Shown here piece after piece: positions 51,106 to 60,567 of a stretch of DNA of 64,000 nucleotides (position 1 is its first letter; each line of letters opens with the position of its first letter). Below the pieces are notes generated by a model. It did no database searches and was not told the origin of the DNA. It saw only the letters and a list, made by a program, of their open reading frames with translations. Origin of the DNA: Spirochaetota bacterium (GTDB lineage: Bacteria; Spirochaetota; UBA4802; UBA5550); assembly GCA_963664815.2 (NCBI GenBank), contig CAXXHB010000003.1, positions 2,272,001 through 2,336,000 of the forward strand. The letters are read 5' to 3'. The position numbers and the translations under genes were made by a program.

Positions 51106-51314
51106 TTATCCGGACTTTTTCCGTACTATTCTTCTTTAAAATATATACTTTTCCCCACATTGAATGAGTTTTTTATTATATTAAACATAATTAAAGTAAT
51201 TCCTGAACTTTTTATAATAAAATTATTTCTGTTCACTGCAGATTACATTTTTTCAGTAATCATCAGGCAGAGATTATTCAGTTGATCTGTTCTATATATG
51301 TTTACGAGGATTTT

Positions 51315-52952
51315 ATGATTATAGACTTGCGTACCCTTTCCCTGGTAACCGGAATTATTTTTTCCCTCATGGCAATAGCCCTGATACTGCAATACTCTCT
51401 GAACAAAAATTACTGCGGTATCGGGTGGTGGGCATCAGGTTGTACAACTTTAGCAGCCGGATGTTTAATACTGCATTCAAGGGATATAGTCACCATTGAA
51501 AAAATATCAATCTTCACTGCAAACATTCTTCTACTTTCAGGATTAATTTTAATGTATATAGGCACTATGCGATTTATGAATAAAAAGGAAAATCTGCGTA
51601 TAATAATTTCAGTTTTTACTCTCTTTATTTTTTCCACTTTTTTTATAATCTACATTAAAAGAGATAACAATATAAGAGTTATAATCCTTTATATTGCTTC
51701 CTCAATTATTATTTTTTTCATAATACATATACTGATTGTAAACAAAATAAGTTCTATCAGGATATCTTCGGGATTTACAGCCATTGTTTTCATCATATAC
51801 GGGTTATTTCTTATTTTCCGCTCGGCAGTAATTTTAACAACAGGACATATTGTTTCTGTGTTCACTCCAGATTATCTTCAGATAGCTGCATTTATGATAA
51901 CACTATCAGCGGGTGTACTGTGGACTTTCGGTTTTATAATTATGGTAAATCAGCGTTTAAATGCTGAACTCAGGGGAGAGAAAGAGAGTTTTGAACTGAT
52001 TTTCAATTCAAGCCCTGCAGCAACTTTAATCAACCGTTTTGATGACAGGCTTATTGTTAATATCAATGAAGCATTTTCTGTTATTACCGGATTTTCTTCC
52101 GGTGAGACAATCGGTAAAACAACCAATGACCTCAAACTCTGGGCTGATTCAGAGGACTACCGTCGTATTGTTGACGAGATTGAACAAAACAACTTCTGTA
52201 ATAACTATGAGACTGTTTTTCGTATTAAAAACGGAAACCTGCTTAACGGAATCATTTCAGCTAAAATTATAGAACTTGACTGTGCAAAGCATATTTTAAG
52301 TATTACTCACGACATTACAGAACGCAAAAATTCTGAAAAAAAGATAAAAACGCTTCTTGAAGAAAAAGAGCTGATACTCAGGGAGGTGCATCATCGCATA
52401 AAAAATAACATGAACAGCATCCGTGGACTCCTCTTTCTTCAGTCCGAAACCCTTACTGAGCAACCGGCAATTGATGCCATTAATGAAGCAGAAAGCCGTA
52501 TTGCCAGCATGATGGTACTGTACGATAAACTTTATCGTTCTGACAGTTTTAACGAACTCCCGATTGAGGAATATCTTTCCGGTCTTGTAGAGGAAATAAT
52601 CTCAAGTTTTCCCAACAAGGACATCGTAAAAGTCGAAACATATATTGATGACTTCACTATCAATTCTGAGACCCTCTTTCCTCTGGGAATTATTGTAAAT
52701 GAAATCATTACCAATATTATGAAATATGCATTCACCGGAAAAACTGAAGGAACTATTACCCTGATCGCCTCATCATCTGAACAGGGAACCACGCTGGTTA
52801 TCGGGGATAACGGTAAAGGAATGCCGGATGAAATTGATTTTGATAATCCTTCAAGATTCGGACTTCATCTTATAAAAACACTCGTTAAACAGATCAATGG
52901 AATTGTAAGAATAGAAACTGTAGAAGGTACAAGATTTATAATTGATTTTTAA
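51315..52952 (+). CDS. Multi-TM PAS sensor histidine kinase (HisKA_2 type)
   Basis: About 7 TMs, PAS ending DITERK, EVHHRIKNN, NEIITN..KYAF, DNGKG; start after GAGGA. Confidence 0.92.
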   Translation: MIIDLRTLSLVTGIIFSLMAIALILQYSLNKNYCGIGWWASGCTTLAAGCLILHSRDIVTIEKISIFTANILLLSGLILMYIGTMRFMNKKENLRIIISVFTLFIFSTFFIIYIKRDNNIRVIILYIASSIIIFFIIHILIVNKISSIRISSGFTAIVFIIYGLFLIFRSAVILTTGHIVSVFTPDYLQIAAFMITLSAGVLWTFGFIIMVNQRLNAELRGEKESFELIFNSSPAATLINRFDDRLIVNINEAFSVITGFSSGETIGKTTNDLKLWADSEDYRRIVDEIEQNNFCNNYETVFRIKNGNLLNGIISAKIIELDCAKHILSITHDITERKNSEKKIKTLLEEKELILREVHHRIKNNMNSIRGLLFLQSETLTEQPAIDAINEAESRIASMMVLYDKLYRSDSFNELPIEEYLSGLVEEIISSFPNKDIVKVETYIDDFTINSETLFPLGIIVNEIITNIMKYAFTGKTEGTITLIASSSEQGTTLVIGDNGKGMPDEIDFDNPSRFGLHLIKTLVKQINGIVRIETVEGTRFIIDF

Positions 52953-52959
52953 TTCTGTT

Positions 52960-53619
52960 TCAGTTCCCAGATTTCATATTCAGAAGAAAGCTTCTCTCCA
53001 TATCAGCTGAAAACGGTCTGAATACCTGTAATACCCGAAGTTTTTTTTCAATCACTATTGCAAGAAGCCCTTTTTTAAAGTAAAAGTAATTTTCATTTCC
53101 TGAAGCATCCTTATAATAATAACCCTTCCCGGCAGCCTTATACAATTCAGCATCTGTTTTTCCGAAGGTACACTGATTGTTCAATCCATATGTAACGGCT
53201 TCGTCTACAATACCAAAACTTGAAAATATAATATATATAACCCGACCCTCTTTAAAATAAATTTTCCATACCGGTATTGATGTCCTGTCTGCAATATTGT
53301 CATACTGATACATCTTATCAAATCCGATTACAAAGAGCGGCTCTTTATTCAGATCATATCCCATTCCCGACCATCCGCGTACTTCATCGTCATAGCTGCT
53401 GACCGAAGTTGGTTCGCCGAGAAAAGATGTTATTTCATCTGTTGCAGCACCTATTTTTATTTTCCCGCACCCCTCGCCAGGTATTATTATTTTCTGATCT
53501 TTGATTTCATCATTTATAGATGATGACGAATTTTTGGTCTTATCATTATTTTTAACATCTTCGGCATATAAAAACGACGTTATTGTTAATACAGATAATA
53601 TAACTATAATTTTTTTCAT
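52960..53619 (-). CDS. Exported hypothetical protein
   Basis: MKKIIVILSV...LYA signal peptide; IIPGEGCGKIKIG; start at MKKII. Confidence 0.75.
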   Translation of the reverse strand: MKKIIVILSVLTITSFLYAEDVKNNDKTKNSSSSINDEIKDQKIIIPGEGCGKIKIGAATDEITSFLGEPTSVSSYDDEVRGWSGMGYDLNKEPLFVIGFDKMYQYDNIADRTSIPVWKIYFKEGRVIYIIFSSFGIVDEAVTYGLNNQCTFGKTDAELYKAAGKGYYYKDASGNENYFYFKKGLLAIVIEKKLRVLQVFRPFSADMERSFLLNMKSGN

Positions 53620-53649
53620 TATTTTCCTCAACCGGCAAATGTTTATTTT

Positions 53650-53730
53650 ATAAAATAAAATTCTCCATATCTCTCCGATGCAGAAGATGGTAAAGGGATA
53701 CAACATTTATTCTTTTACATTAAAATATAT
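53650..53730. repeat. Hairpin + TTTTACATTAAAA element, degenerate copy D
   Basis: ATAAAATTCTC flank, weak TATCTCT...AGGGATA stem, then TTTTACATTAAAATATAT. Confidence 0.5.
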
Positions 53731-53820
53731 GTGAAAAAATTGTTTTAATAAATCTTATAATAAAGATAATCTTTAGTCAATATTCTTTTCATCAAACGAA
53801 AAAATATCAACATTTAGATG

Positions 53821-54537
53821 TCATCTGGCAGTTTTTTCATCTTCATCTTTTACATTTTGCATGTCCTCCACTGCCCTGTGAACATCTTCAAATTCCCGGT
53901 TGAATTTTTTATCAATTTCTTTCTGTCTGTTTTCCCGCTCCTGTTCAGCCATTTTCATCTGATTCATAAACAAATGAATATCTTTTGAACGATGCAGATT
54001 ATTTATGACGATCAATAAAGCGAGTACTACCATTATAACAGCAGCTACCCTGACGTTTACCGCAATACCCCCTAGTGTTTTTATAAGCGCATTATAAATC
54101 AGCCATATTGCAAAAAAATAAATGATAAGTGAGGTTATCCCCTCAAGCCAGAAATTTAAATCACCGGGAAGTCCGAAGACAGCGCTCAATGGATATATTA
54201 CCATCAGAGATGCATTGACCCTGACATTAGTCTCGTAGTCTTTACCGCCCCCGCATATAGCACTTATTACCAGAAGAACAGCCCCTCCGATAAACAGAGC
54301 AATAACCGAACCAGCAACTGAAGTTATAAGTCCCGCCGCAATTGATGCGCCTCCGAGGAAAAAAATCACACCGGATAAATGGATTAATCCTGCAATCAGA
54401 CCATAAATAACTGCTTTGATGACAGGTTCGGTAAAACCACCCTTTTTTGCAAGATCAGAGAAATGACCGGCAGGATCAATTATAACTGATTTAGTTTCAT
54501 GAATAAATTTTTTAAAATCGAATGCAACTTCAATCAT
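53821..54537 (-). CDS. Yip1-family membrane protein with C-terminal coiled coil
   Basis: VIIDPAGHF...GGFTEP, about five TMs; start after GAGG. Confidence 0.8.
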   Translation of the reverse strand: MIEVAFDFKKFIHETKSVIIDPAGHFSDLAKKGGFTEPVIKAVIYGLIAGLIHLSGVIFFLGGASIAAGLITSVAGSVIALFIGGAVLLVISAICGGGKDYETNVRVNASLMVIYPLSAVFGLPGDLNFWLEGITSLIIYFFAIWLIYNALIKTLGGIAVNVRVAAVIMVVLALLIVINNLHRSKDIHLFMNQMKMAEQERENRQKEIDKKFNREFEDVHRAVEDMQNVKDEDEKTAR

Positions 54538-54710
54538 AAATTCTACCTCGTTATTCATTCGGTAAGCTATAACTAACCTGAATCCCTGATAATTCAGCTA
54601 CATCCATTATTCTTTGATGAAAAACCGGGATTATTATAATTGGCAAAATATCAAAAAAACAAGTTATTTGTTAAATCTGAAAATCTTTATTTATATTTTT
54701 AAAGAGAGTC

Positions 54711-54755
54711 AATTATAATCAAAGCCCCGGTATCACCGGGGCTTTGATTATAATT
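54711..54755. terminator. Long perfect hairpin after the cytochrome gene
   Basis: AATTATAATCAAAGCCCCGGT-ATC-ACCGGGGCTTTGATTATAATT. Confidence 0.8.
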
Positions 54756-54993
54756 ACTTATGACATCCTTTAGCTGCACAGCTTGCTGTTTTAAACAGAG
54801 CCTTGTAATTCTGTCCTTTTTTCTTTTCAAGCCTTGTTTTTGCATTATGACAGTCATTGCATGACGCGATTTTCTTATCCGCACCAGTAACAGCTTTATG
54901 CTGAGTTAAAAGTTTTGGATTTGCAAAAAGCATTGAAGCAGAAAAAGCAACAAGAACAAAAGCAGAAAGAGAAGCAATCTTTACTTTCTTCAT
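54754..54993 (-). CDS. Very small exported c-type cytochrome (probable diheme)
   Basis: GGAGG SD; signal peptide; CNDCH and C-terminal CAAKGCH; Lys-rich. Confidence 0.8.
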   Translation of the reverse strand: MKKVKIASLSAFVLVAFSASMLFANPKLLTQHKAVTGADKKIASCNDCHNAKTRLEKKKGQNYKALFKTASCAAKGCHK

Positions 54994-55022
54994 AATATTT
55001 AAATCCTCCGTATGATTATATA

Positions 55023-55050
55023 ATTTTATACTGGTAATACAATTTGTCAA
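55023..55050 (-). promoter_or_regulatory. Sigma70-type promoter of the cytochrome gene
   Basis: TTGACA-16 bp-TAAAAT. Confidence 0.7.
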
Positions 55051-55388
55051 GACCCTTTTTATACATTACACAAATAGTCCGGCATCCGCCTTCCTGCGTT
55101 TTAACTGTCTATATAAGCAAAGTGGAATGGTACAATGTTTTTTAATTCATTCAGAAAATGTTATTTTTTAAAAAACAGATTAAATACTGTTTGTCAAGAA
55201 TGATACTTGATCTTTTTTAAATGATAATTAATATGTCTCTTTGGAGTCTTGAGCTTTCAAATAAAATACCGAATGAATAAACATTAAACGTAATAGTTTG
55301 GAAGTATAATTATTTACTGTAAATTATATTCAAGTGAAAATCAGGCATCACCCGAATATAATATTAACTTCATTTAAAAGGAGAAAAT

Positions 55389-55586
55389 ATGATGAAGAAA
55401 CTGGTTGTGTTATCAATATTTTTCAGTATCATGACAGGTATTATCATTGCATATGCCTGCTCCATTGATGATCGCGATAAATATTATAATGATTGTATAA
55501 CAAAAAGAAAATGCGGTGAAAAGATGGAATGTAAAACCGGATGTCTCAATGAAGCAAACAAATGGTATTATAACGGATGTAAATAA
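55389..55586 (+). CDS. Small exported Cys-rich peptide
   Basis: AAGGAG SD; signal peptide ending AYA; six Cys in a 42-aa mature part. Confidence 0.8.
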   Translation: MMKKLVVLSIFFSIMTGIIIAYACSIDDRDKYYNDCITKRKCGEKMECKTGCLNEANKWYYNGCK

Positions 55587-55787
55587 ATATTTACAAAACT
55601 CTGATAAAACAGATCAGTCATCATTTTATAAACAATGTTCAACCCGAATCAGGCTTACTATTTGTCAATTTGTCAGCTTTAATAACATATAGTTTATTTA
55701 AATTCTTTTAAATAAAAATAACTTGACCAGCCTTTTACAACTTATATGGGATTAAATCATCAAATCATGAATAACAAAGGTGTCTCT

Positions 55788-56648
55788 ATGAAAAAAATTA
55801 TCATTCTCCTGATCCTTTCCATGTCTCTTGCCACAGCATGTACTGCAAATTTAAAAATGTCCAATCTCAAAATTGATAAATCACTGAAACCCGGAAAACC
55901 TGGGAAAACAGCCATTATTTCAACTGTTAACTATTTTTCAGGAAATACCGGAACATTCAGTTCTGGTGAAGATATAGATAATAAAGACTTTAAACAGACT
56001 ATAGCTAATGCTGTATTTAACAGCGGTTCATTTGAAAATGTCGCTTATACCGAAGAGGAAGCTGCAAAGTACAGGAATAAAAAAAATGTCATATACCTGG
56101 ACTTCAAGGTTTATTCCATAGAAAACGGTTCTATGAACTGGTGGCTTGCATGGCCCGGAATTTATCCCTGTCCTGCATGGTGGCCACTACAACCTAAAAA
56201 GGGAACGGTTGCCGTTAATTTGGAAGTTTCAGTCTCGGAAGGTACACGTCATATTAAGACCTTCAAACTCTATGAATCTGAAAATTATGATATTACATTT
56301 TACGGCTTTTTTAAAACAGCTCCCATTAATTATTGCGCAGAAAAAGCGCTTCTCAATATTACTGAAAATTTCAGTGACGAGTTTTCCAATCTGGATAAAT
56401 TACCTGGCAAAAATGGCGATAATACTGTCTTAATAGGCACCATAAACAGCATCAATGGATCTTCAGATATAATAATACAACATTCTGATAAAGCTGTGCC
56501 GAAAATGGGTGAGTTGCTTTACGTGATGTCAGGTAATAAGAAAATAGAACTTATTGCAATGTTCCCCATGATGACTTCGACGAAATGCAGAATAGTTAAA
56601 AACTCTGATTATTCATCACTTAAAAAGACTATGGAGGTCTTCAAATAG
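55788..56648 (+). CDS. Lipoprotein, C-terminal domain shared with the FGE protein
   Basis: MKKII...LATAC lipobox; start after AAGGT; C-terminal KMGELLY...FPMMTSTKCR. Confidence 0.8.
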   Translation: MKKIIILLILSMSLATACTANLKMSNLKIDKSLKPGKPGKTAIISTVNYFSGNTGTFSSGEDIDNKDFKQTIANAVFNSGSFENVAYTEEEAAKYRNKKNVIYLDFKVYSIENGSMNWWLAWPGIYPCPAWWPLQPKKGTVAVNLEVSVSEGTRHIKTFKLYESENYDITFYGFFKTAPINYCAEKALLNITENFSDEFSNLDKLPGKNGDNTVLIGTINSINGSSDIIIQHSDKAVPKMGELLYVMSGNKKIELIAMFPMMTSTKCRIVKNSDYSSLKKTMEVFK

Positions 56649-56937
56649 CATAATTTTTAAAAATATTTTAGTACCTGAAGCAGAGGGATTTGAATGTACT
56701 CTCTGCTTTTTTCAGCCGGCGTGAGAATAATAACATTGATCGTAATTTATCTTTTTATAACTCCATGGATGAAAATCCATAGATATTTTAATCAGTCGCC
56801 AGGAATAATATTAACTTATATATTTAATAAATTAAAAGATTCCCGGTTGAATATTCATTTACAACTACGCGATAATTAAATAGCATAAATACAATTAAAA
56901 CTTGAATCATGTTAAAAAACAATTAATGGAGTATATT

Positions 56938-57708
56938 ATGCTTGGAGCTATAGCAGGTGATATTATAGGCTCAGTTTATGAATTCAACAATATTAAAACT
57001 ACAGATTTCCCTTTATTCAGCAGAAAAAGCCGCTTCACAGATGATTCAGTATTAACAATAGCTCTTGCAGATTCACTTATTAACAGTATCCCGTATATTG
57101 ATAAAATAAAGGAATACTATCACCTCTACCCCGATGCAGGATATGGCGGAAGATTCAGACAATGGGCCGGATCGGATGACAACAGGCCATACAACAGTTA
57201 CGGAAACGGTTCGGCAATGAGGGTAAGTCCTGCCGGATGGGCATACAGTTCTCTTGATGTTGTACTGATCGAAGCAGAAAGAAGCGCGATGATTACACAC
57301 AATCATCCCGAAGGGATAAAAGGTGCACAATCTGTGGCCGCTGCAATCTACCTGGCGAGGACCGGTTCGTCCAAACAGCAGATTAAGGAATATATTGAAA
57401 AGAAGTTTTTCTATAATTTATCTGAAAGACTTGATGATATCCGTCCTCACTACCGATTTAATGAGACCTGCCAGGGTTCAGTCCCACAATCGATAATCGC
57501 ATTTCTTGAATCAGACAGCTATGAGGATACAATCCGCAAAGCAGTATCAATCGGTGGTGATAGTGATACAATTGCATGTATTGCGGGTGGAATTGCAGAG
57601 GCTTTCTACAAGTTTATTCCTGATGTGATCGTTGAGCATAGCATGAATATTCTCGACAGCAGACTCCGCAACATGGTAATTATGTTCAGGGAAAAATATA
57701 TACTATGA
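56938..57708 (+). CDS. ADP-ribosylglycohydrolase (DraG/ARH family)
   Basis: MLGAIAGDIIGS, FTDDS, SYGNGSAMR, THNH, GGDSDT; start after GGAG. Confidence 0.93.
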   Translation: MLGAIAGDIIGSVYEFNNIKTTDFPLFSRKSRFTDDSVLTIALADSLINSIPYIDKIKEYYHLYPDAGYGGRFRQWAGSDDNRPYNSYGNGSAMRVSPAGWAYSSLDVVLIEAERSAMITHNHPEGIKGAQSVAAAIYLARTGSSKQQIKEYIEKKFFYNLSERLDDIRPHYRFNETCQGSVPQSIIAFLESDSYEDTIRKAVSIGGDSDTIACIAGGIAEAFYKFIPDVIVEHSMNILDSRLRNMVIMFREKYIL

Positions 57709-57759
57709 AATCATTAAAATATTTTAAATTCCATGACATGACCGGATACTGAGGATCAT

Positions 57760-58683
57760 ATGAAACGATATATAAAAAAACCGGTTCTTATACTTCTGCT
57801 GATAATACTAATCCCTGTCTCTTCAGCCTGGAGTCTAAAGGAACATACTGCAAAACCAAATCCCGTAACAGATACAACAATTAAGATTGCTACCTTCAAC
57901 ATGCAGATTTTCGGGAAAACCAAGCTTCGAAGACCTCACACATTGACAGTACTGTCCGAGATAGCTTCGAATTTTGATATTATTGCACTCCAGGAGATCG
58001 GTTCGAACAGATCTTCAGCTTCCGAAGAAACATGTAATGAAATACTGAGAGTCTTTGTTTCACGGATTAATTCCATTGTGAAAGATGACTTATACTCATA
58101 TATCTGCGGAAACCAATATGCAATAATCTACAGAACTGACAAAGTTAAAGTTAACGATTATGCCCTATATTCCGGAACTGAGTCATTTTCATACACACCC
58201 TTAACCGCCAACTTTAATACAATAAAGAAAGGGGATAACTTTGATTTTACAATAATCACTGTGCACACTTCACCAAAACTTGCAGAGGAGGAGATAACAT
58301 CCCTTAAGACTGCGATTGATGAAATAAGAGAACTTTATTCAGAACCGGATGTTATCTGTCTCGGGGATTTCAATGCCGACGGTTCTTATTATGACGAAGG
58401 TGATAAAGAATGGCTTTCCGGTTTTGACCCGGAACTGTACATAACAGGAATACCAAACTCCTGCGATACAACTGTAGCTCTTTCCGACAATACATACGAC
58501 CGTATACAGATGACAATGAGCCTTAAGAGCGATTTTACCGGTGAATCCGGGGTTTTCAGATTCGGCGGTATTTATGATATAACAGAATGTGAAGGGGGGA
58601 GAACAACTGCAGGAACTGAAAAGTCAGTTTCTGATCACTACCCTGTCTGGTGTGAATACTATACCGACAGGGATACAGATTAA
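57760..58683 (+). CDS. Exported DNase I-like endonuclease (EEP family)
   Basis: IATFNMQIFG, ALQEI, VHTSP, LGDFNAD, YDRI, SDHYPV. Confidence 0.92.
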   Translation: MKRYIKKPVLILLLIILIPVSSAWSLKEHTAKPNPVTDTTIKIATFNMQIFGKTKLRRPHTLTVLSEIASNFDIIALQEIGSNRSSASEETCNEILRVFVSRINSIVKDDLYSYICGNQYAIIYRTDKVKVNDYALYSGTESFSYTPLTANFNTIKKGDNFDFTIITVHTSPKLAEEEITSLKTAIDEIRELYSEPDVICLGDFNADGSYYDEGDKEWLSGFDPELYITGIPNSCDTTVALSDNTYDRIQMTMSLKSDFTGESGVFRFGGIYDITECEGGRTTAGTEKSVSDHYPVWCEYYTDRDTD

Positions 58684-58696
58684 CTCTTTCTTTTAT

Positions 58697-60544
58697 TTAA
58701 TTCTTGGGCAGAGAGGAGAAACTCAGCTTTTTCCCCTTTCCATCAGTTATTTCAAGTATACGCATTCTGTCCCAGCTGAAACCGCCGTCACTTATGTAGT
58801 ACTTGCCGGACGGAAGCTTTAATAATAGTTTTCCGTCACCTGCAGTATATGTTTCACATACCGTCTGAAATGAATTACCCCCGACCTTCCGGCTTATAAA
58901 TATGTTCGCCCTCGCATCAAACTTAAGTTCAGTGACACTATCATCTGCAAATGAGAATTCAAGGTTATTACTTTTATTTTTTGCGAAATCTATCTGCTGC
59001 TTCATTATATATCCAGCTGTCCTGAAGGATATTATGTTATAGTTTGAATTTTCCGTAATTGCATAAAAAATTTTTTTCTCATCTCCTTTATACTCATAAA
59101 AGCTCCCCTCCTGATTCTCCAGCAGAACAACCCCGCCAAGCCCGTTACCTTTCTCGTCTTTAAATCCTGCAATAACCGCAAAAAAACCCTTTTTAAGATA
59201 AAACGGAAAATCTGTCAGACTGTATTCTTTCCCGGTTTTTGCCGGGTTAACGTCAATAAGATATGTCGGGCTGACAACATTATTGTTCAGGCTGAAAAGA
59301 TACTGTCCGTCGGAAAGGTGCAGTGTTACATATCCGTTATCCGCCTGTATAAATACCACCTTATCTGATTCCCCCAGGTGACGCCAGTATACAAGCTGCT
59401 GGTTACCAGGCGGGAGTTTTATCCGTATTGTCTGTTTTGTATCAGACATATCATATTTCTTTACCAGTCTTTCTTTGACATTATGCGTTATTGTATGCTC
59501 AAAAAATCCCCCTTTTTCCATAAAATACACGGTGTTTGTACCTTCAGGTATTGCCCAGGAACCGCTTTCAAGAACTGTTATTGATGGATAACTTTTTTTG
59601 TTTCTGTCATAATTAAACAGCCACCTGTTTGTCTTATAACTTGCAGTGACAGGCTTTCCCCTGTTATCAATCAGTGAAGCGGTTACTATTCCGCTGTTCT
59701 GAACTTCAGATGTTTTTCTTGAATAAAATTCAGGCCATGCCGAAGGTTCTTTATACATATCAAGATATTCCCGCTTATCATCGACAGATATCTCTTTCAC
59801 AAAAGCGCCGGAACGCGGGAAATTTACTATATGGAAAGGATCCACATGATGCATACTGTTCTGCGGATCATATGATATCCAGCCCCTTGATTTAAAATAT
59901 ACCTCAACGTATGCATGAAATCCTCCGCTGCCGCCATTCCCGCCAAAACCCCAGAAATGCCCGGGTGCGATATAACATTCAACTTCCCTTGCCGGTATCC
60001 CTGCTACACGAAAAAGAGATACTGCTGCACGTGCATATCCTTCACAATACGCTGAACCCGACATCAGTACAGACACGGGATTAGATGAAACACCGAGAGA
60101 ATATGTAACATTCTGCCTTATAAATATCATCAGTCTTTCAACAGCTTCAGTCTGTGTCTTCGCACCGGATGTTGTTTTTGCAACTATATTCTTCAGATAT
60201 GTTATATCGTTTGCATTCAGGTCACTGTCGGGCAATATATACTTTTCAATATCTTTTCCGAAATTTTTTAAAGGGATGGGGAATACAGCCGAATCGATAA
60301 AAGGGGAAAGATTAACCTTATTAAGTACGGTAATTTTTCCAGGTTCTTTTTTTATTACTGTCTGTGAATTACTGCTGTTCTTATACTGATAGAATTTATC
60401 AAGCAGGGCGCTGTCACCCGATGAAACCTCGTAAGTATACTCCCATGTGCCACCTACAATATTTGTTACCGGATAAAGTCTACCAACGGAAAAAAATAAA
60501 AAAATAATAACTATTATTGTATATGAGGTTTTCATATGCTTCAC
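58697..60544 (-). CDS. Exported transglutaminase-like protein
   Basis: AYCEGYA, AGIPAR, HAYVEVY, WISYDP (Cys-His-Asp triad). Confidence 0.88.
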   Translation of the reverse strand: MKHMKTSYTIIVIIFLFFSVGRLYPVTNIVGGTWEYTYEVSSGDSALLDKFYQYKNSSNSQTVIKKEPGKITVLNKVNLSPFIDSAVFPIPLKNFGKDIEKYILPDSDLNANDITYLKNIVAKTTSGAKTQTEAVERLMIFIRQNVTYSLGVSSNPVSVLMSGSAYCEGYARAAVSLFRVAGIPAREVECYIAPGHFWGFGGNGGSGGFHAYVEVYFKSRGWISYDPQNSMHHVDPFHIVNFPRSGAFVKEISVDDKREYLDMYKEPSAWPEFYSRKTSEVQNSGIVTASLIDNRGKPVTASYKTNRWLFNYDRNKKSYPSITVLESGSWAIPEGTNTVYFMEKGGFFEHTITHNVKERLVKKYDMSDTKQTIRIKLPPGNQQLVYWRHLGESDKVVFIQADNGYVTLHLSDGQYLFSLNNNVVSPTYLIDVNPAKTGKEYSLTDFPFYLKKGFFAVIAGFKDEKGNGLGGVVLLENQEGSFYEYKGDEKKIFYAITENSNYNIISFRTAGYIMKQQIDFAKNKSNNLEFSFADDSVTELKFDARANIFISRKVGGNSFQTVCETYTAGDGKLLLKLPSGKYYISDGGFSWDRMRILEITDGKGKKLSFSSLPKN

Positions 60545-60567
60545 CTTCTGCTGTGATATTTTTAAAA

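Noticed and set aside
56694-56879. 61-aa ORF between the lipoprotein and the ADP-ribosylglycohydrolase
   Set aside because: No recognisable motif; AT-rich intergenic composition.
47694-60544. Integron cassette array
   Set aside because: Mixed orientations, genes have their own promoters, no recurring attC boundaries and no integrase.
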